NCBI RefSeq assembly: GCF_006345805.1
Contig: NC_043012.1
Location: 22,692,001 to 22,756,000, forward strand
Source: Octopus sinensis
Taxonomy: Eukaryota
Direction: 5' to 3'
DNA length: 64,000 bases
This document shows, piece after piece, positions 25,403-37,690 of this stretch. The notes beneath the pieces are model-generated. The model did not search any database. It was not told the DNA's origin and was given only the letters and a program-made list of their open reading frames with translations. The translations under genes and the position numbers were made by a program. Every line of letters begins with the position of its first letter. Within the stretch, counting starts at the first letter, position 1.

Positions 25403-26018
25403 GCATGCACACACGGACACACACACACACACACGCACGCATGCACACACGGACACACGTTTTGCTGCCATAGTATAAGTCAGAAGAATGGCTGTTTAAT
25501 TCTGATTTTAAAACTAATAAAAATAATTCAAAAAATAGAAGATTAATACTGATTTCAAATTTTGGTACAAGGTTAGCAAATTTTATGGGAGGAAGTAAGA
25601 TGGTTGCATCAACCTGAGTGCTCAGTAGGTACTTGTTTTATCAACTCTGAATGGAAGAAAAATGAAACCAGCCTTGGCAGAATTTGAACTCAGAGCATAG
25701 AGATCTAAAAGAAATGCTGCTAAGTTGTTTGTTCAACACACTGATGATTTTGTCAGATCACTACTATTGAAAGAAGATCAATAATACAACTAATTAGGAA
25801 TAACACAATTAATTAGAAAGTTAGATGAGCCTCAGTTGAAGTTTTTGCAAGAACAAGGTACCACTGATGCCCATTTCTTGGTAGAAAACTACAAGAGGAG
25901 TTCTTAGTAAAGCCAAACTACTACACCTGGCAGTTGTTAGCTTGGAATAGGCTTTGATAGGGTACCATGTTCTGTAAGCTGATGGTTTCTCAGTGTATTA
26001 GAAAAAGATGTATAACTT

Positions 26019-26200
26019 TTGAGAGACCTAGAAGCCATGTGTAGAGATACTGTCAGAGATTTAGTGTCTAAGAAAGCGTCTATTGAGATTCAGTTCTCAG
26101 TTCTTATTTGTTTATCAATTATTAAAGCAATAGCAAAGAAATTTAAGACCAACTGTCTACTGAAAATTCTTTGCACCAATTGCCAAGGTCTCATAGCTGA
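26019..26200 (+). mobile_element. possible Tc1 transposase N-terminal relic
   Basis: ..LSIIKAIAKKFKTNC.. resembles the Tc1 HTH segment (STVKAIIKKFK). Confidence 0.3.
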
Positions 26201-26269
26201 GTGTTTCAAAGAACTGGAGGACTTTGAAATATGGAAGCAAACCTAAAAATCAAGTAGTCTCAAAGCAAC

Positions 26270-26560
26270 CATCATCATCATTGTTCGACCGTGGTCGAGA
26301 CAATGGAATTTACAATGCTACGCCAGACTTCACGGTCCATCATGGCATTACGGAGGTCCTGTTGCTGGATGCCTGTATCCCTGGAGATTACATCAGGGTA
26401 GGAGAGTGTGCGCCCTCTGGTATTGCGAGTAGATGGCTTCCAGAGGAGAAGAGCAGAAATTACCCCTTTTTCAGCTCTACAACAATGTCCAGCAAACTGG
26501 ACTCTCCTACCTTTCACAAGAGATGACACAGGTGGTAGTTTCCCATATATTTGCATTTTG
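26270..26560 (-). mobile_element. RTE-clade LINE 3' end with (TGA)n tail
   Basis: LPPVSSLVKGRRVQFAGHC...DREVWRSIV followed by tgatgatgatg. Confidence 0.85.
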
Positions 26561-26868
26561 GTTGGATGGCGCTTCCACGAGTGAAGACAAGAGTTTTAGT
26601 AAGCTAAATGATGGCATTGAGGCACCATCACTGCTTCTACAAAATGATGGATAAAGAGAAAAATCAAGGAGTTTCCCCAAAATTGTTTTCCTGTATTTAG
26701 TTATGTCCCTGAGTGAAATTCATTCAAATCAGTTGAGGTAGATTTTACTTTCTTTCCTCATGGTCCATTACACAAACACTGGTGATACTAACAATATAGA
26801 GGGGTTGACCCAGTTAACTCTGCTCCTTTTCAAACCATGTGAGCCTATGTCAAAGTTAGAATTTAATA

Positions 26869-27095
26869 TTACTCTTTACTCTTTTACTCTTTTACTTGTT
26901 TCAGTCATTTGACTGCGGCCATGCTGGAGCACCGCCTTTAGTCGAGCAAATCGACCCCGGGACTTATTCTTTGTAAGCCCAGTACTTATTCTATCGGTCT
27001 CTTTTGCCGAACGGCTAGAGACGGGGATGTAAACACCAGCATCGGTTGTCAAGCAATGCTTAGGGGGACAAACAGACACAAACAAACACACACAC

Positions 27096-27127
<32 letters not shown>

Positions 27128-27292
27128 ACATACGACAGGATTCTTTCAGTTTCCGTCTACCAAATCCACTCACAAGGCATTGGGCGGCCCGGGGCTATAG
27201 CAGAAGACACTTGCCCAAGATGCCACGCAGTGGGACTGAACCCAGAACCATGTGGTTGGTTAGCAAGCTACTTAGCAAACAGCCACTCCTGC
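26869..27292 (-). mobile_element. full SINE family E copy with (AAAAGAGT)n tail and internal microsatellite
   Basis: tRNA-like head caggagtggctgt..ggttcagtccc, internal (TA/TG)n, 3' body ggcggtgctccagcatggccgcagtcaaatgactgaaac. Confidence 0.9.
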
Positions 27293-27725
27293 TTTCTAAA
27301 TTTGACACAAGGCCAGCAATTACAGGCAAGGGAATAAGTCAAGTGCATTGACCTCAAAGGGATGAAAGGCAAAGTCAAACCTTAAGACATTTGAACTCAG
27401 AACATAAAAAGTAGGAAGAAACGCCACAAATAATTTTGTTCTCATTCAAGTTAGAATTTGATACCAATAACAACATCATCCAAAACAAGGAAGATTGGTG
27501 GAGAGTTTAATAATAAAACAGGAAACATCACGAATGTTGCTAAATAGTTTGTTTCAGCTGAATCAGTGGTTTCTGAATATTGGGGACGGGTGGCATCAGT
27601 AAAAGCTTGAAAAGAATGGAAGAAAGAAGGAGCAAGGGACAATATCAGGGAGTTAGAAAATCAGCTGGGTTTTGTGTATATCTAGCAAAGAGAGAAGAGG
27701 TAAATCAAGGTCTTGTCGATATTCT

Positions 27726-27958
27726 TATTTCTTTATTGCCCACAAGGGGCTAAACACAGAGGGGGACAAACAAGGACAGACAAAGGGATTACGTCGATTA
27801 TATCGACCCCCAGTGCGTAACTGGTACTTATTTAATCGACCCCGAAAGGATGAAAGGCAAAGTTGACCTTGGCAGAATTTGAACTCAGAAAGTAGCGGCA
27901 GATGAAATACTGCTAAGAATTTCGCCCGGCGTGCTCACGCTACTGCCAACTCGCCGCC
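27726..27958 (-). mobile_element. SINE family C copy with ~13-bp TSD
   Basis: Flanked by ttgtcgatattct (27713-27725) and ttgtcaatattct (27959-27971). Confidence 0.9.
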
Positions 27959-28061
27959 TTGTCAATATTCTATGATATGAGACTCATTGATGTGAAGTGT
28001 TCCAGATTGTGAAGCAGTAGAGCATCAGTATGAATGAAGGCATCATTGGTGGAAAGTATTA

Positions 28062-28493
28062 TCTCTCTATATATAAACGGCAGTTTGTCTGTCTGTGTGT
28101 CTGTCAGGTTGTACCCTCACCCTGACCACGGCTTTCAACCGATTCTGATGAAACTTGACACACACATAGCCCAATGTCATAATTCAAAACTAACGCAGCT
28201 AAAATTTTGAAAATTTTCCCCAGTTCTGAAAAAAATCAATAAATTCGACATGGGGTCGAGAATCTAAGCTTTTTATAGGCAACACATTTTCTGTCTAGGG
28301 GACACAACTCGACCTTTTTATTGCCCAAAGGGACAGCTAGGAACATTGTATACACAGAAGTATTCGAGTGAAGAGAAGACATTGCAACCTACACGTGCGC
28401 CTTCGTTCCCTAGAGGGAAAGGACTAGATTGGGATTAGTCGTTGCCTACTAGGGGCTCTTACATACCCGGGCAACGCCGGGCTATGCTGCTAG
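28062..28493 (+). mobile_element. non-autonomous Helitron
   Basis: 5' TC (tctctctatatataaa), subterminal hairpin cccgg-gcaacg-ccggg (28466-28481), 3' CTAG, inserted between A and T with no TSD. Confidence 0.85.
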
Positions 28494-28619
28494 TATGTAA
28501 TAACAGAGACACATTGCACTCCCTGATGATGTTCTCTTGCCAATGTAGCTCACTTTTCTTGGCTGCACAGTTAGTTGATAAAATGATTTGTTATCAACAG
28601 CAATCTCAAAACCAAATCA

Positions 28620-28875
28620 ACTGGAAATTGTAGTTGTGAGCCTTGTGCCTGTAGCATGTAAAAGGCACCGAACATGGTCGATGCCAGCTTCTCTGCTGGT
28701 GGCACGTAAAAAGCACCCACTGCACTCTCGGAATGGTTGGTGTTAGGAAGGGCATCAAGCTGTAGAAACACTGCCAGATCAGATTGGGGCCTGGTGCAGC
28801 CTCCTGGCTTCCCAGACCCCAGTCGAACTGTCCAACCCATGCCAGCATGGAAAATGGATGTATGATGATGATTAT
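28620..28875 (+). mobile_element. SINE family D copy (2 units)
   Basis: ggcacgtaaaaagcaccc core, ggaagggcatc domain, ccagcatggaaaatggatg tail. Confidence 0.85.
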
Positions 28876-28934
28876 GTTAAATGTCACTTCTGATTGTTTT
28901 CAATTTGAATGCATAAGCTAGATGGAATTCTTGT

Positions 28935-29115
28935 AAAAATTGCATGTCTTCAACTTTAACACGAAGTTCATCCATTTCTACGAATCAGAGACATGGAGAA
29001 GAAACTAAAAAGACACTGCAGAAGATAGTGACTTTCACCAATAATCATTTGAAGCATATTCTTCACATTAGATGTGTTGGACAAGATAAGAGACGAAGAG
29101 CTATGGCAGAAATGG
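28935..29115 (+). mobile_element. RTE LINE C-terminal fragment
   Basis: YESETW..TKKTLQKIVTFTNNHLKHILHIR..LDKIRDEELWQK across frameshifts. Confidence 0.6.
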
Positions 29116-29680
29116 GTGGTTGGTGCTAAGGGAAGAACAAATCCGAAAGTGTAAGTGGGGGATGGGCAGGCCACATTTTAAAGAAACCAGCACCTGGTAT
29201 TTACCCGTCAGACCCTGACATGGAACCCACGAGGGGTGGGAGTGGTTGCGAAAGAGAGGATACTCCTGCAAAAGTATCTGGGGGGAGGATGCTGAGTGAG
29301 AGCTGAAGAAACAGGGATCTAAGTGGAGAGGAGCAGAAAAGATAGCCAAGAGATGAGAAGAGTGAAGCAAAGTCATGGATGACTTATAAGCAGTGTTCAG
29401 TGCGATGAGTCTTTTGCCAAACGTTAATGGTGCAGTTATTGCTTTCCTTTGGAATTGCTTACGAGGGGAGATTGTGTGTTGTTTGAAAACATCCTGTATT
29501 GTTAAGAAAAATTAGATTGGGGAGACAGCAAAGTGAGAACAGTGGGAATGGCATGCTGGAGAGAGAGGTTCTAAGGAAATAATGGTTGGTTCTTCAGATA
29601 ATATGCTAAGAGGAGGTATTTTGCAAGAGTTTGTTCTTGGTAAGCACAATGTTTCTGATTGCATTTGATTTGTTTATAGG

Positions 29681-29724
<44 letters not shown>

Positions 29725-29908
29725 CAGGAGCAAGAGTGGGAAAGAGAGAGATAAACAGAGAGAGAGAGTTTGAGAAAGTATATATATATATATATATATA
29801 AACCTTTCCTCTCTCTCTCATAAAGATATATATGTGCATGCGTATAAATATATCTATATATACATATAGACATATATATAACATATATATCTATATATAT
29901 ATAGACAT

Positions 29909-29940
<32 letters not shown>

Positions 29941-30684
29941 GACATATATATATATATATATATATGTTATATATAATATATAAAGAGAAAGATAGATGGG
30001 GAAGAATGAAGAATCATACAGAAACAAACAAGGAAGTAAATAAATAAAAGTAAGTGCCGACATGACAGCATGGTAATGAAGTATATTGCCAAGCAATATC
30101 ATAAAATGGCGGAAAGAAGGGTTAAAATGTTAGAATATGGCACCCCATAAACACATGAGTCATGAGAGCATAGTGTAACTGCTGAAGTCTTCTTCTAGTG
30201 GAAGATAAAAAGAAAGAAAAAAAAACAAGAAGAAAAGTAAAAAAAATCAATGACTATTCAGATTGATAAAAAAAAGAGTCTTAATTTTTTGTACTTTTTC
30301 CTTGTTGTGAGTAGGTGTCATGGTATTATGATAATTTCCAAGTGATCATAGAATATAACTGTGACTTAGAACACTAGTTTTCTGTTCCCAGTTCAAAGTG
30401 CAAAAAGTCCCCAGGGAAAAACGCATAAACAGCACTTTTTTTGCTTTATTTTTTCCTCGTCTGATGGATCAGAAATGGCTGACGTAAAAAGATGTCATTA
30501 TTTTGGCTATATATTTTTTTGCTCTCACATGAGGGGTAAGTCTTCAAAAGTGCAGAGTGATTGGTTACAGCCTCAACAAAGAATGTCAACACCATTCACC
30601 AGAAGAGTGGAGAGAATGTCAACATTCCCATTCTTCGCATTATCATCATCTATCCATCTATCTGTCTGTCTGTCTATCAATCAA

Positions 30685-30715
<31 letters not shown>

Positions 30716-30844
30716 ATCATAATATATAATATATATATATATATTATAATTATAAATATATTATATATATATATATTTATATATATATACCTATATGAAT
30801 ATATTATGTATACAAATATATGCCTGTGTTAATATATATATATA

Positions 30845-31013
30845 GGTGCAGGTGTGGCTGTGTAGTAAGAAGCTTGCTTCCCAACCACATGGTTCTGGGT
30901 TCAGTCTCACTATGTGGCACCTTGGTCAAGTGTCTTCAACTATAGCCTCAGGCCGACCAAAGCATTGTGAAAGGATTTGGTAGATGGAAACTGAAGGAAG
31001 CCTGTCATGTATG

Positions 31014-31065
<52 letters not shown>

Positions 31066-31278
31066 ATGTATGTATATATATTTATGTGTGTGTGACTTTG
31101 TGTCTGTGCTTGTCCCCTCGCCATTGCTTGACAAGTGATGTTGGTGTGTTTATGTTCCTGAAACTTAGCACTTTAGTAAAAGTGACCGATAGAATAAGTA
31201 CTAAACTTACAAAGAATACATCCTGGGGTTGATTTCTTTGACTAAAGGTGATGCTCCAACATGGCTGCAGTCAAATGA
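30845..31278 (+). mobile_element. SINE family E copy
   Basis: Aligns with 26869-27292. Confidence 0.85.
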
Positions 31279-31330
31279 ATGAATGTGTAAAATAGTATAT
31301 ATATAGTTTATTATATATATATATATATAT

Positions 31331-31370
<40 letters not shown>

Positions 31371-31709
31371 ACAGACAGATCATTGTTGTCATTTCAACAT
31401 CCAGTTGTCAATGCTTGTGTGAGTCTAACGTTTCAATGACACAAAATCTCTACAGCTGGATGCCCTTCCTGTCACCAACCTTCACCTGTTTCCAAGCAAA
31501 GCAATATTTCTCCATGGCTTCACCTCTTTTTTTTTTTCAGCAGAAGAGTGGAAATGAATGATGCTCATTTATGAACATTACATAATGTCAATGCAAGGGC
31601 ACAAACACATATATGTGTATGTGTGTTTGTACATATGATGCGTAGTGGATTTGAAAAATTATAATATATAAGGAGGAGATGTGTTACCTGGTCTCTAATT
31701 TATATGTTA

Positions 31710-31802
31710 ATGTTTTGGCATATCTGCTGATGAGAACTTCGCCTTGCAAATTATTTTATTTGCTAATTAAAGTTCGAAACCTGAGGTCCGGCTGTAAAAC
31801 AT
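31710..31802 (+). ncRNA. type I hammerhead ribozyme motif, canonical core
   Basis: CTGATGA (31727-33), stem II GAACTT/AAGTTC, GAAA (31776-79), near-palindromic stem III ACCT-G-AGGT, GTC site (31786-88), bulged stem I. Confidence 0.8.
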
Positions 31803-31959
31803 GGTAAATGCTTTTATTTTTCGTTCCCTTCAAAATTGCTTTTAACTGTGGTTTGGACTTTTTGACTGTTTTTTTCTAGTATGTTAGGCAACCTGGTAAT
31901 GGCTTCCCTCTTTGTGTATAAATGTACACTAATTTTTATACATACACACACACACATAT

Positions 31960-32145
31960 GTATAGTTGGAATTTACAAAAAAACAAAAGACAAAGACAGG
32001 TGTGTAAAGAACAAACAGGTGTATTAGTTTAACGCTCGGAAGGTAAAAAAGTCTGTTAAATTTCAAGCCTACGCTCTTCAACAGAAAAGAACATGAGAAA
32101 ATAAACAGAGAGAGAATAAAAAAAGTAGCAAGTGGTTAATCATGG
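31960..32145 (-). mobile_element. Penelope-type non-autonomous repeat with CTGTTGA hammerhead-like motif
   Basis: Homologous to 15380-15560; motif at ~32052-32087. Confidence 0.55.
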
Positions 32146-32351
32146 CAATGGCCGGACAGAGGTGGTCAGACAGGGGAGCTAGGAAGAAGGGGAGATAATA
32201 AAGTAGTGGTGATCCCAATACGAAGGTGCATGTGCGTGTGTATGTGAGAGCATGTGTGTGCATGTGGATAGGGGCTGGTGACCTTGACGTGTGGGCATGT
32301 ATATATACCTTGACATGTATATATATATATACATATATATATATATGTGTG

Positions 32352-33198
32352 TGTGGTCTGATCAATAAATATCCGGATTGTTGCCATAGCAGATTGAAGC
32401 TGCTTGGTACAGATTGACCTTGAATTCTGCCATGCATGTGCACTAAGTTTTAACATCCTGACTTCACTTCCGCTGTTTACAGCAGTGCTTGGAAGGAAGG
32501 TGTGTAGAGTGTGATTGTCGCATTGACCATGACAGAGAAAGTTGAGCAGAGAATCATTATCAAAATTTGCCAAAAGCTTGGTGATACCAGCTCAGAGGCC
32601 TACACAAAGTTTTCAAAAAGTTTTCATTGTTCTTGACACAATCAAGGAGATCTGAAACCGGAGTCTTTTTTGGCATAAACTTGGCAGACACGCATCTCAT
32701 GCTCAAATATCCAGAGATAATGGACTGAACTGAACCGTAACTTATTTGCACATTCTCTGGTAACTCATGGATGGAGATTTGATGATATACTCTCACAGCT
32801 GCATGCACATCTGCAACCTTTTTCTCAGTTCTGCTGGTTGCGGGTTTCCCAGAACGTTTCTCAGTATCAACATTTTTCAGCCATCTTGGAAATATCTGAA
32901 CCACTCAAACACTTGTGTGCAGCCCATACCCTCCTCTCCATACACTTTTTGCAACTTTGCATGGGCCTCTGAGCTGGTATTGCCATGACAACTTTGCCAT
33001 GATGAATGTGATGTGATGATCACATGCTACACACCTTCCTTCCAAGCACTGCCGTAAACAGTGGAAGGAGCTAGAACATTAAAACTTAGTGCAGATGCAC
33101 AACAGAGTTCAAGGTGAATCTGTGTCAAGCAGCTTCACTCTGCATGCTTTAGTTTTGTTACTATGGTAACAGTCTGGATACTTATTAATCAGACCTCA
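32352..33198. mobile_element. fold-back mariner derivative made of two inverted 5' halves
   Basis: Both ends carry the ggtctgat(c/t)aataa(a/g)tatcc TIR. Left half (+) encodes MTEKVEQRIIIKICQKLG; right half (-) runs through RSGKPATS..CVSAKFMP to NNENFLK. TA at 33199-33200. Confidence 0.85.
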
Positions 33199-33529
33199 TA
33201 TACACCCACACACATATATAACTACATGCATGTGTGTGTATACATATATATATATGTACACACACACACATATATATTTATAAATACATGTATAAGTACC
33301 ATATTTTAACATGTATAAGGAACCCCCTAATTTTGGGGGCTTAAAATTTGGAAAAGACGGTTTTGTAAGGGATTATAAAACTATCCATGTATAAGAAACT
33401 CTAATATTTTTTTAACCTAATTTTTGACAAAAACATGTTCCTTATACACGTGAAAATATGGAATATATATGCATACATGTGATTCATATAGATACATATG
33501 CATACACACATATAGATACATATGCATAT

Positions 33530-33574
<45 letters not shown>

Positions 33575-33619
33575 CATACACACACATATCTATATATACA
33601 CACGCACACACAGAATAAC

Positions 33620-33760
33620 AGTTTTCCTTCAAACCACCATTGTCCACATTGTGATTTCTTAGCTAGATCACATGTTGGTTTAACAAGTCATGCTCATATC
33701 CAGATTGCATTTGGTAGTCTGAGGACACGCATGAGGAGTCACCAGGTGGAGTGAATGAAT
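33620..33760 (+). mobile_element. possible RTE C-terminal zinc-finger relic
   Basis: CPHCDFLARSHVGLTSH resembles the RTE terminal CxxC..RxxIGLxSH motif. Confidence 0.4.
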
Positions 33761-34059
33761 TGTAAGCATTGGTGAATGGTAGTCATAGTAATGGGAATAT
33801 GTTGCTGATTGTCATATGCAGTCTTCAATGGGAGGGTCTGTTGTATACACACACACACACAAGCACACGATAGGTTCTTTCACTTTCCATTTACCAAATC
33901 CATTTACAAGACTTTGGTCAACCCAGGCGGCACATAGTAGAAGATACTTCTCCAAGGTGCCATTCAGGGGGAAGAACTTGAATCTGTGTGGTTATGAAGC
34001 AAGCTTCATACAGCCACTCTTGTACCTACAGATATATATATGTATGTATATATTTGTAT

Positions 34060-34240
34060 GTATGTGTATATATATTTGCATGTATATTACATATGTGTAA
34101 GTGTGCGTATGTATGTGTATGTATATTACATATGTGTAAGTGTGTGCATGTATGTGTATGTATATTACATATGTGTAATTGTGTGTATATATGTGTATGT
34201 ATATTACATATGTGTAAGTGTGTGTATGTATGTGTATGTA
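34060..34240. repeat. ~40-bp minisatellite (gtatattacatatgtgtaagtgtgtgtatgtatgtgtat), 4-5 units
   Basis: Direct reading. Confidence 0.85.
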
Positions 34241-34414
34241 CACACACGTGATGGGCTTCATTCAGTTTCCATCTCTCAGTCTATCATATTTATTCACAAA
34301 GCATTGATTAGCCTTGGGCTATAGTAGTAGAGAATTGCTTAAGGAACCTGAAGACATGGTTGCAAAGCAAACTTCTTGACCAAACAGCCATTTCTGAGCA
34401 CACACTCATGCACG

Positions 34415-34462
<48 letters not shown>

Positions 34463-34487
34463 TGCCTGTGTATATACTCGCACAAAC

Positions 34488-34539
34488 CTCTTCCAAGTAC
34501 CACAAAGAAACAAAAAATCGAAAACAACATGGCGACCAT
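34488..34539 (-). CDS. weak candidate signal-peptide exon MVAMLFSIFCFFVVLGR(G)
   Basis: Hydrophobic 17-mer after ATG, ending at a phase-1 AG|gtttgt donor. Confidence 0.2.
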
Positions 34540-35077
34540 GTTGATAGTGGTTCAGTTGGCATTGGAAGAAAACATTTACAAACCTGACAAATTTACCTTT
34601 TCTGCTAAATTAATTCTAGTTTATATATTCTTGTGACAATTAAGTAATAGATCGGTAGGGATATCAAGGAAATAAACAGATGTAAACATATAATGAAATA
34701 AATAAAAAAAAAACAAACAAAAAAACAAAGCAAGTGTAAATATCATGAATCAAAGGATATTTATCAACAATCAATGGTTTCACTATTAGCTATGGAGGGA
34801 CAGTTATCATGTGAGAAAGACAAATAACAAAACCCAATTAAGATTTTGAGATAAAATAACAAAAATGTCCAGAAACTGCCAATTGAGAATACTTGAATAC
34901 GAGCTAATAACCCTCAACACAAGAGTTAAAAGCTAAAAATGAGAAAACTCCGGCATCAGACGGACGGGAAGAAAGGAAAATAATCGATCATAAATTTGGA
35001 CATAATCACAAAGCCTCCTACAGAGACGTGATATGACAGTCAATTGATGTTTGTAGAGAGAGAGGGAGAGGGAGAAG

Positions 35078-35117
<40 letters not shown>

Positions 35118-35807
35118 GAGGTGCCTTCTTATTGGTGTGGGGAGGAGGAAAGATGTAGGTGGTGATGTTGTTTCATAGCAAAAAAAAAAAAAGAAACAAA
35201 AGAAACAAAAAACAAGAGTGAGACTGTATGTTAAATGAGGTACAATACTACACCACAAAATCAGAGAAAAAAAAAAATGAGAATCTTACAATGCTAATTG
35301 TCATACACATACAAAATAATAATGATAATAATGATGATAATAATAATAATAATAATGATGATAATAATAATAATAATGATGATGACAACAACAACAGCTC
35401 CAACGAACTCAAGGTGCACAATTATAACACAAACCCTTTTTCACTGAACTACATTCTTCCCTCAAAACATAGCAGTTATCAACCATCCTTGTCATAATGC
35501 CCATTTGAAATCAAAACTTGCTTGTCCCTTGAGGTCCCACGGTGAGACTTGGCCTCAGCTTATGCAAACATAAAGCAAAATCCAAACGTCATAATAATAA
35601 TGATGATGATGATGATGATGACGATGATAATAATAATAATAATATCTTCAGGAGGAGTTACCTCAATCCTTTCTATATTAACCAAAATGAAGCAGATTGA
35701 CAAATTTATTTTTTGAACCAGTTGAAGACACACACGATGTTGAAATATCATTCACTAGATAACAATGGCATTCTTCCTTTAATTTTGACTAATGGCCCTC
35801 GTGTCGG

Positions 35808-35965
35808 TGACATGTAAAAGCACCCACTACACTCTTGGAGTGGTTGGCGTTAGGAAGGACATCTAGCTGTAGAAACTCTGCCAGATCAGATCGGAGCAAG
35901 GTGCAGCCATCTGGTTCGCCAGTCCTTAGTCAAATCGTCCAACCCATGCTAGCAGACATTGAATG
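35808..35965 (+). mobile_element. SINE family D copy (single unit)
   Basis: catgtaaaagcacccactacactc..aggaaggacatctagctgtagaaac. Confidence 0.75.
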
Positions 35966-35966
35966 A

Positions 35967-36016
<50 letters not shown>

Positions 36017-36017
<1 letters not shown>

Positions 36018-36332
36018 GTGATCGTAGGAGCACTTGGAATGATCAAGAAGGGAACCGAAAATTATATGAGAATGATCCCTGGCTTACCATCTCTGAAAGA
36101 AGTGCAAAAGATTGTCTTAACTGGTACATCACACGTATTGAGAAGAGCATTGTCGCTGTGAGAGCTGTTACTGCCCATGTATTTTAATTTAACCTTAAAA
36201 AAAAGAAAAATGAACGAACTATTGAGTTTGGTTTAATGGCCTACCAATGTATACTATGAGTTTCTTTGCCCTAGGAGTCGGGAAGACACTCGGCAAGAAA
36301 TGGAAGCAAATTTGAAAGAAGAAAAAAAAAAA
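36017..36332 (+). mobile_element. R4/Dong-type LINE 3' end (family 2) in (TAA)n
   Basis: IVGALGMIKKG..LKEVQKIVLTGTSHVLRRAL* plus 3' UTR; flanked by (AAT)n on both sides; homologous to 52639-52880. Confidence 0.8.
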
Positions 36333-36469
36333 ATAATAATAATAATAATAATATAATCATAATAACGATAATATTAATAATAATATAAGAAGAAAAACTG
36401 AACCGCTGTGATAATTTGAAGTAGGAAATATGGAGGTCATGGGCAATGAAGAGAGGGGTGGGGTGATAC

Positions 36470-36700
36470 CAATAGTGATTGGCATGCTTGGAAGTATCTG
36501 CACTCAATGTGGTTCAAAAGGGTTGGTAGAAATGTAAACATAGAACACCTTACGAAAACCAACATTGCTTGGAATTGCAAGAGTTTTCTGCATGGTTCTT
36601 GAAGCATGGTCTGGTCAGTAAACAGATGTCACCTCAGTCAGCTGGCTTTGGACAACTGACACTTTCGATCAAGACCAGCAAAAATAAGCTGAAAGTTTTA
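36470..36700 (+). mobile_element. degenerate R4/Dong-type 3' end
   Basis: GMLGS..EHL(RK)PTLLGIARV resembles ..LQKTALLGTARIL. Confidence 0.45.
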
Positions 36701-36989
36701 ATCAACTAACGAAAGAAGCAAACGAATAGGTAAACTCAACTAGCAGAATGCAAAAGATCATACTTTTAGTACTTTTCATGTTTTACATAAATTCCTCTCC
36801 CTATCAATGCAGTTTTATTCATTCAGTCTTACTGTAAATTATGTAAAAATTATTAATATTATTGTTATATATGTCATTCATCCTTTTGGGGTTGACAAAA
36901 TAAGTACCAGTTGATTACAGGGGTCAATATAATCAACTCACTCCTTGCCCTGAAATTGCTGTCTTGCACCAAAATTTGAAATCATTATT

Positions 36990-37283
36990 AATGTAAAAAG
37001 CACCATTTGATCGTGGCCATTGCCAGCCTCGTCTGGCATCCGTGCCAGTGGCATGTAAAAAGCACCATCCGATCGTGGCCGTTGCCAGCCTCAACTGGCA
37101 CCTGTGCTGGTGGCACGTAAAAAGCACCCACTACACTCACGGAGTAGTTGGCGTTAGGAAGGGCATCCAGCTGTAGAAACACTGCCAGATCAGACTGGGC
37201 CTGGTGCAGCTTTCTGGCTTCCCAGACCCCAGTTGAACCGTCCAACCCATGCTAGGATAGAAAGCGGACGTTAAACGATGATT
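36990..37283 (+). mobile_element. SINE family D copy (3 units)
   Basis: Cores gtaaaaagcacc at ~36993, 37055 and 37118; tail cggacgttaaacgatgatt. Confidence 0.85.
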
Positions 37284-37289
37284 ATTATT

Positions 37290-37690
37290 ATTACTACTAT
37301 TATTATTGAGTGAGAGCAGTGTATGCCATCAAAGTGACATTGGGGTAAAATATACGAAGCCCAGTATACCCATCATGATACCCGTCTGATAAGGGTACAC
37401 CAGGTACATGCATCACAACCATATGTGTGCGACATGGTGATCTCATATCAAGATAAACAGCGCATGACCTTGCAGGCGGAGCCCAGTTACAATTTTCTTC
37501 AGGTTGAGTAGCCCATCCCACTCAAAATGTCTTTGAATAAGGGTTGTCTAAGGATGTTGGATGAAATACCCATGTTTCCAGAAATGAATTATCCAAACCC
37601 CAAAGAATTCCTCTCAACACATGGCTATGAGGCTCCACACTACTTCTGCTCATGATCAGAGATGCACATATTGTCAGCCACTAAGGGACA
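37290..37690 (-). mobile_element. unclassified interspersed repeat with (AAT)n tail
   Basis: GC-richer block ending in ctctcactcaataataat on the minus strand; no recognisable coding motif. Confidence 0.4.

Noticed and set aside
29398-29428. Degenerate hammerhead-like string (cgatgagtcttttgccaaacgtt)
   Set aside because: Several core positions are missing and there is no stem I.
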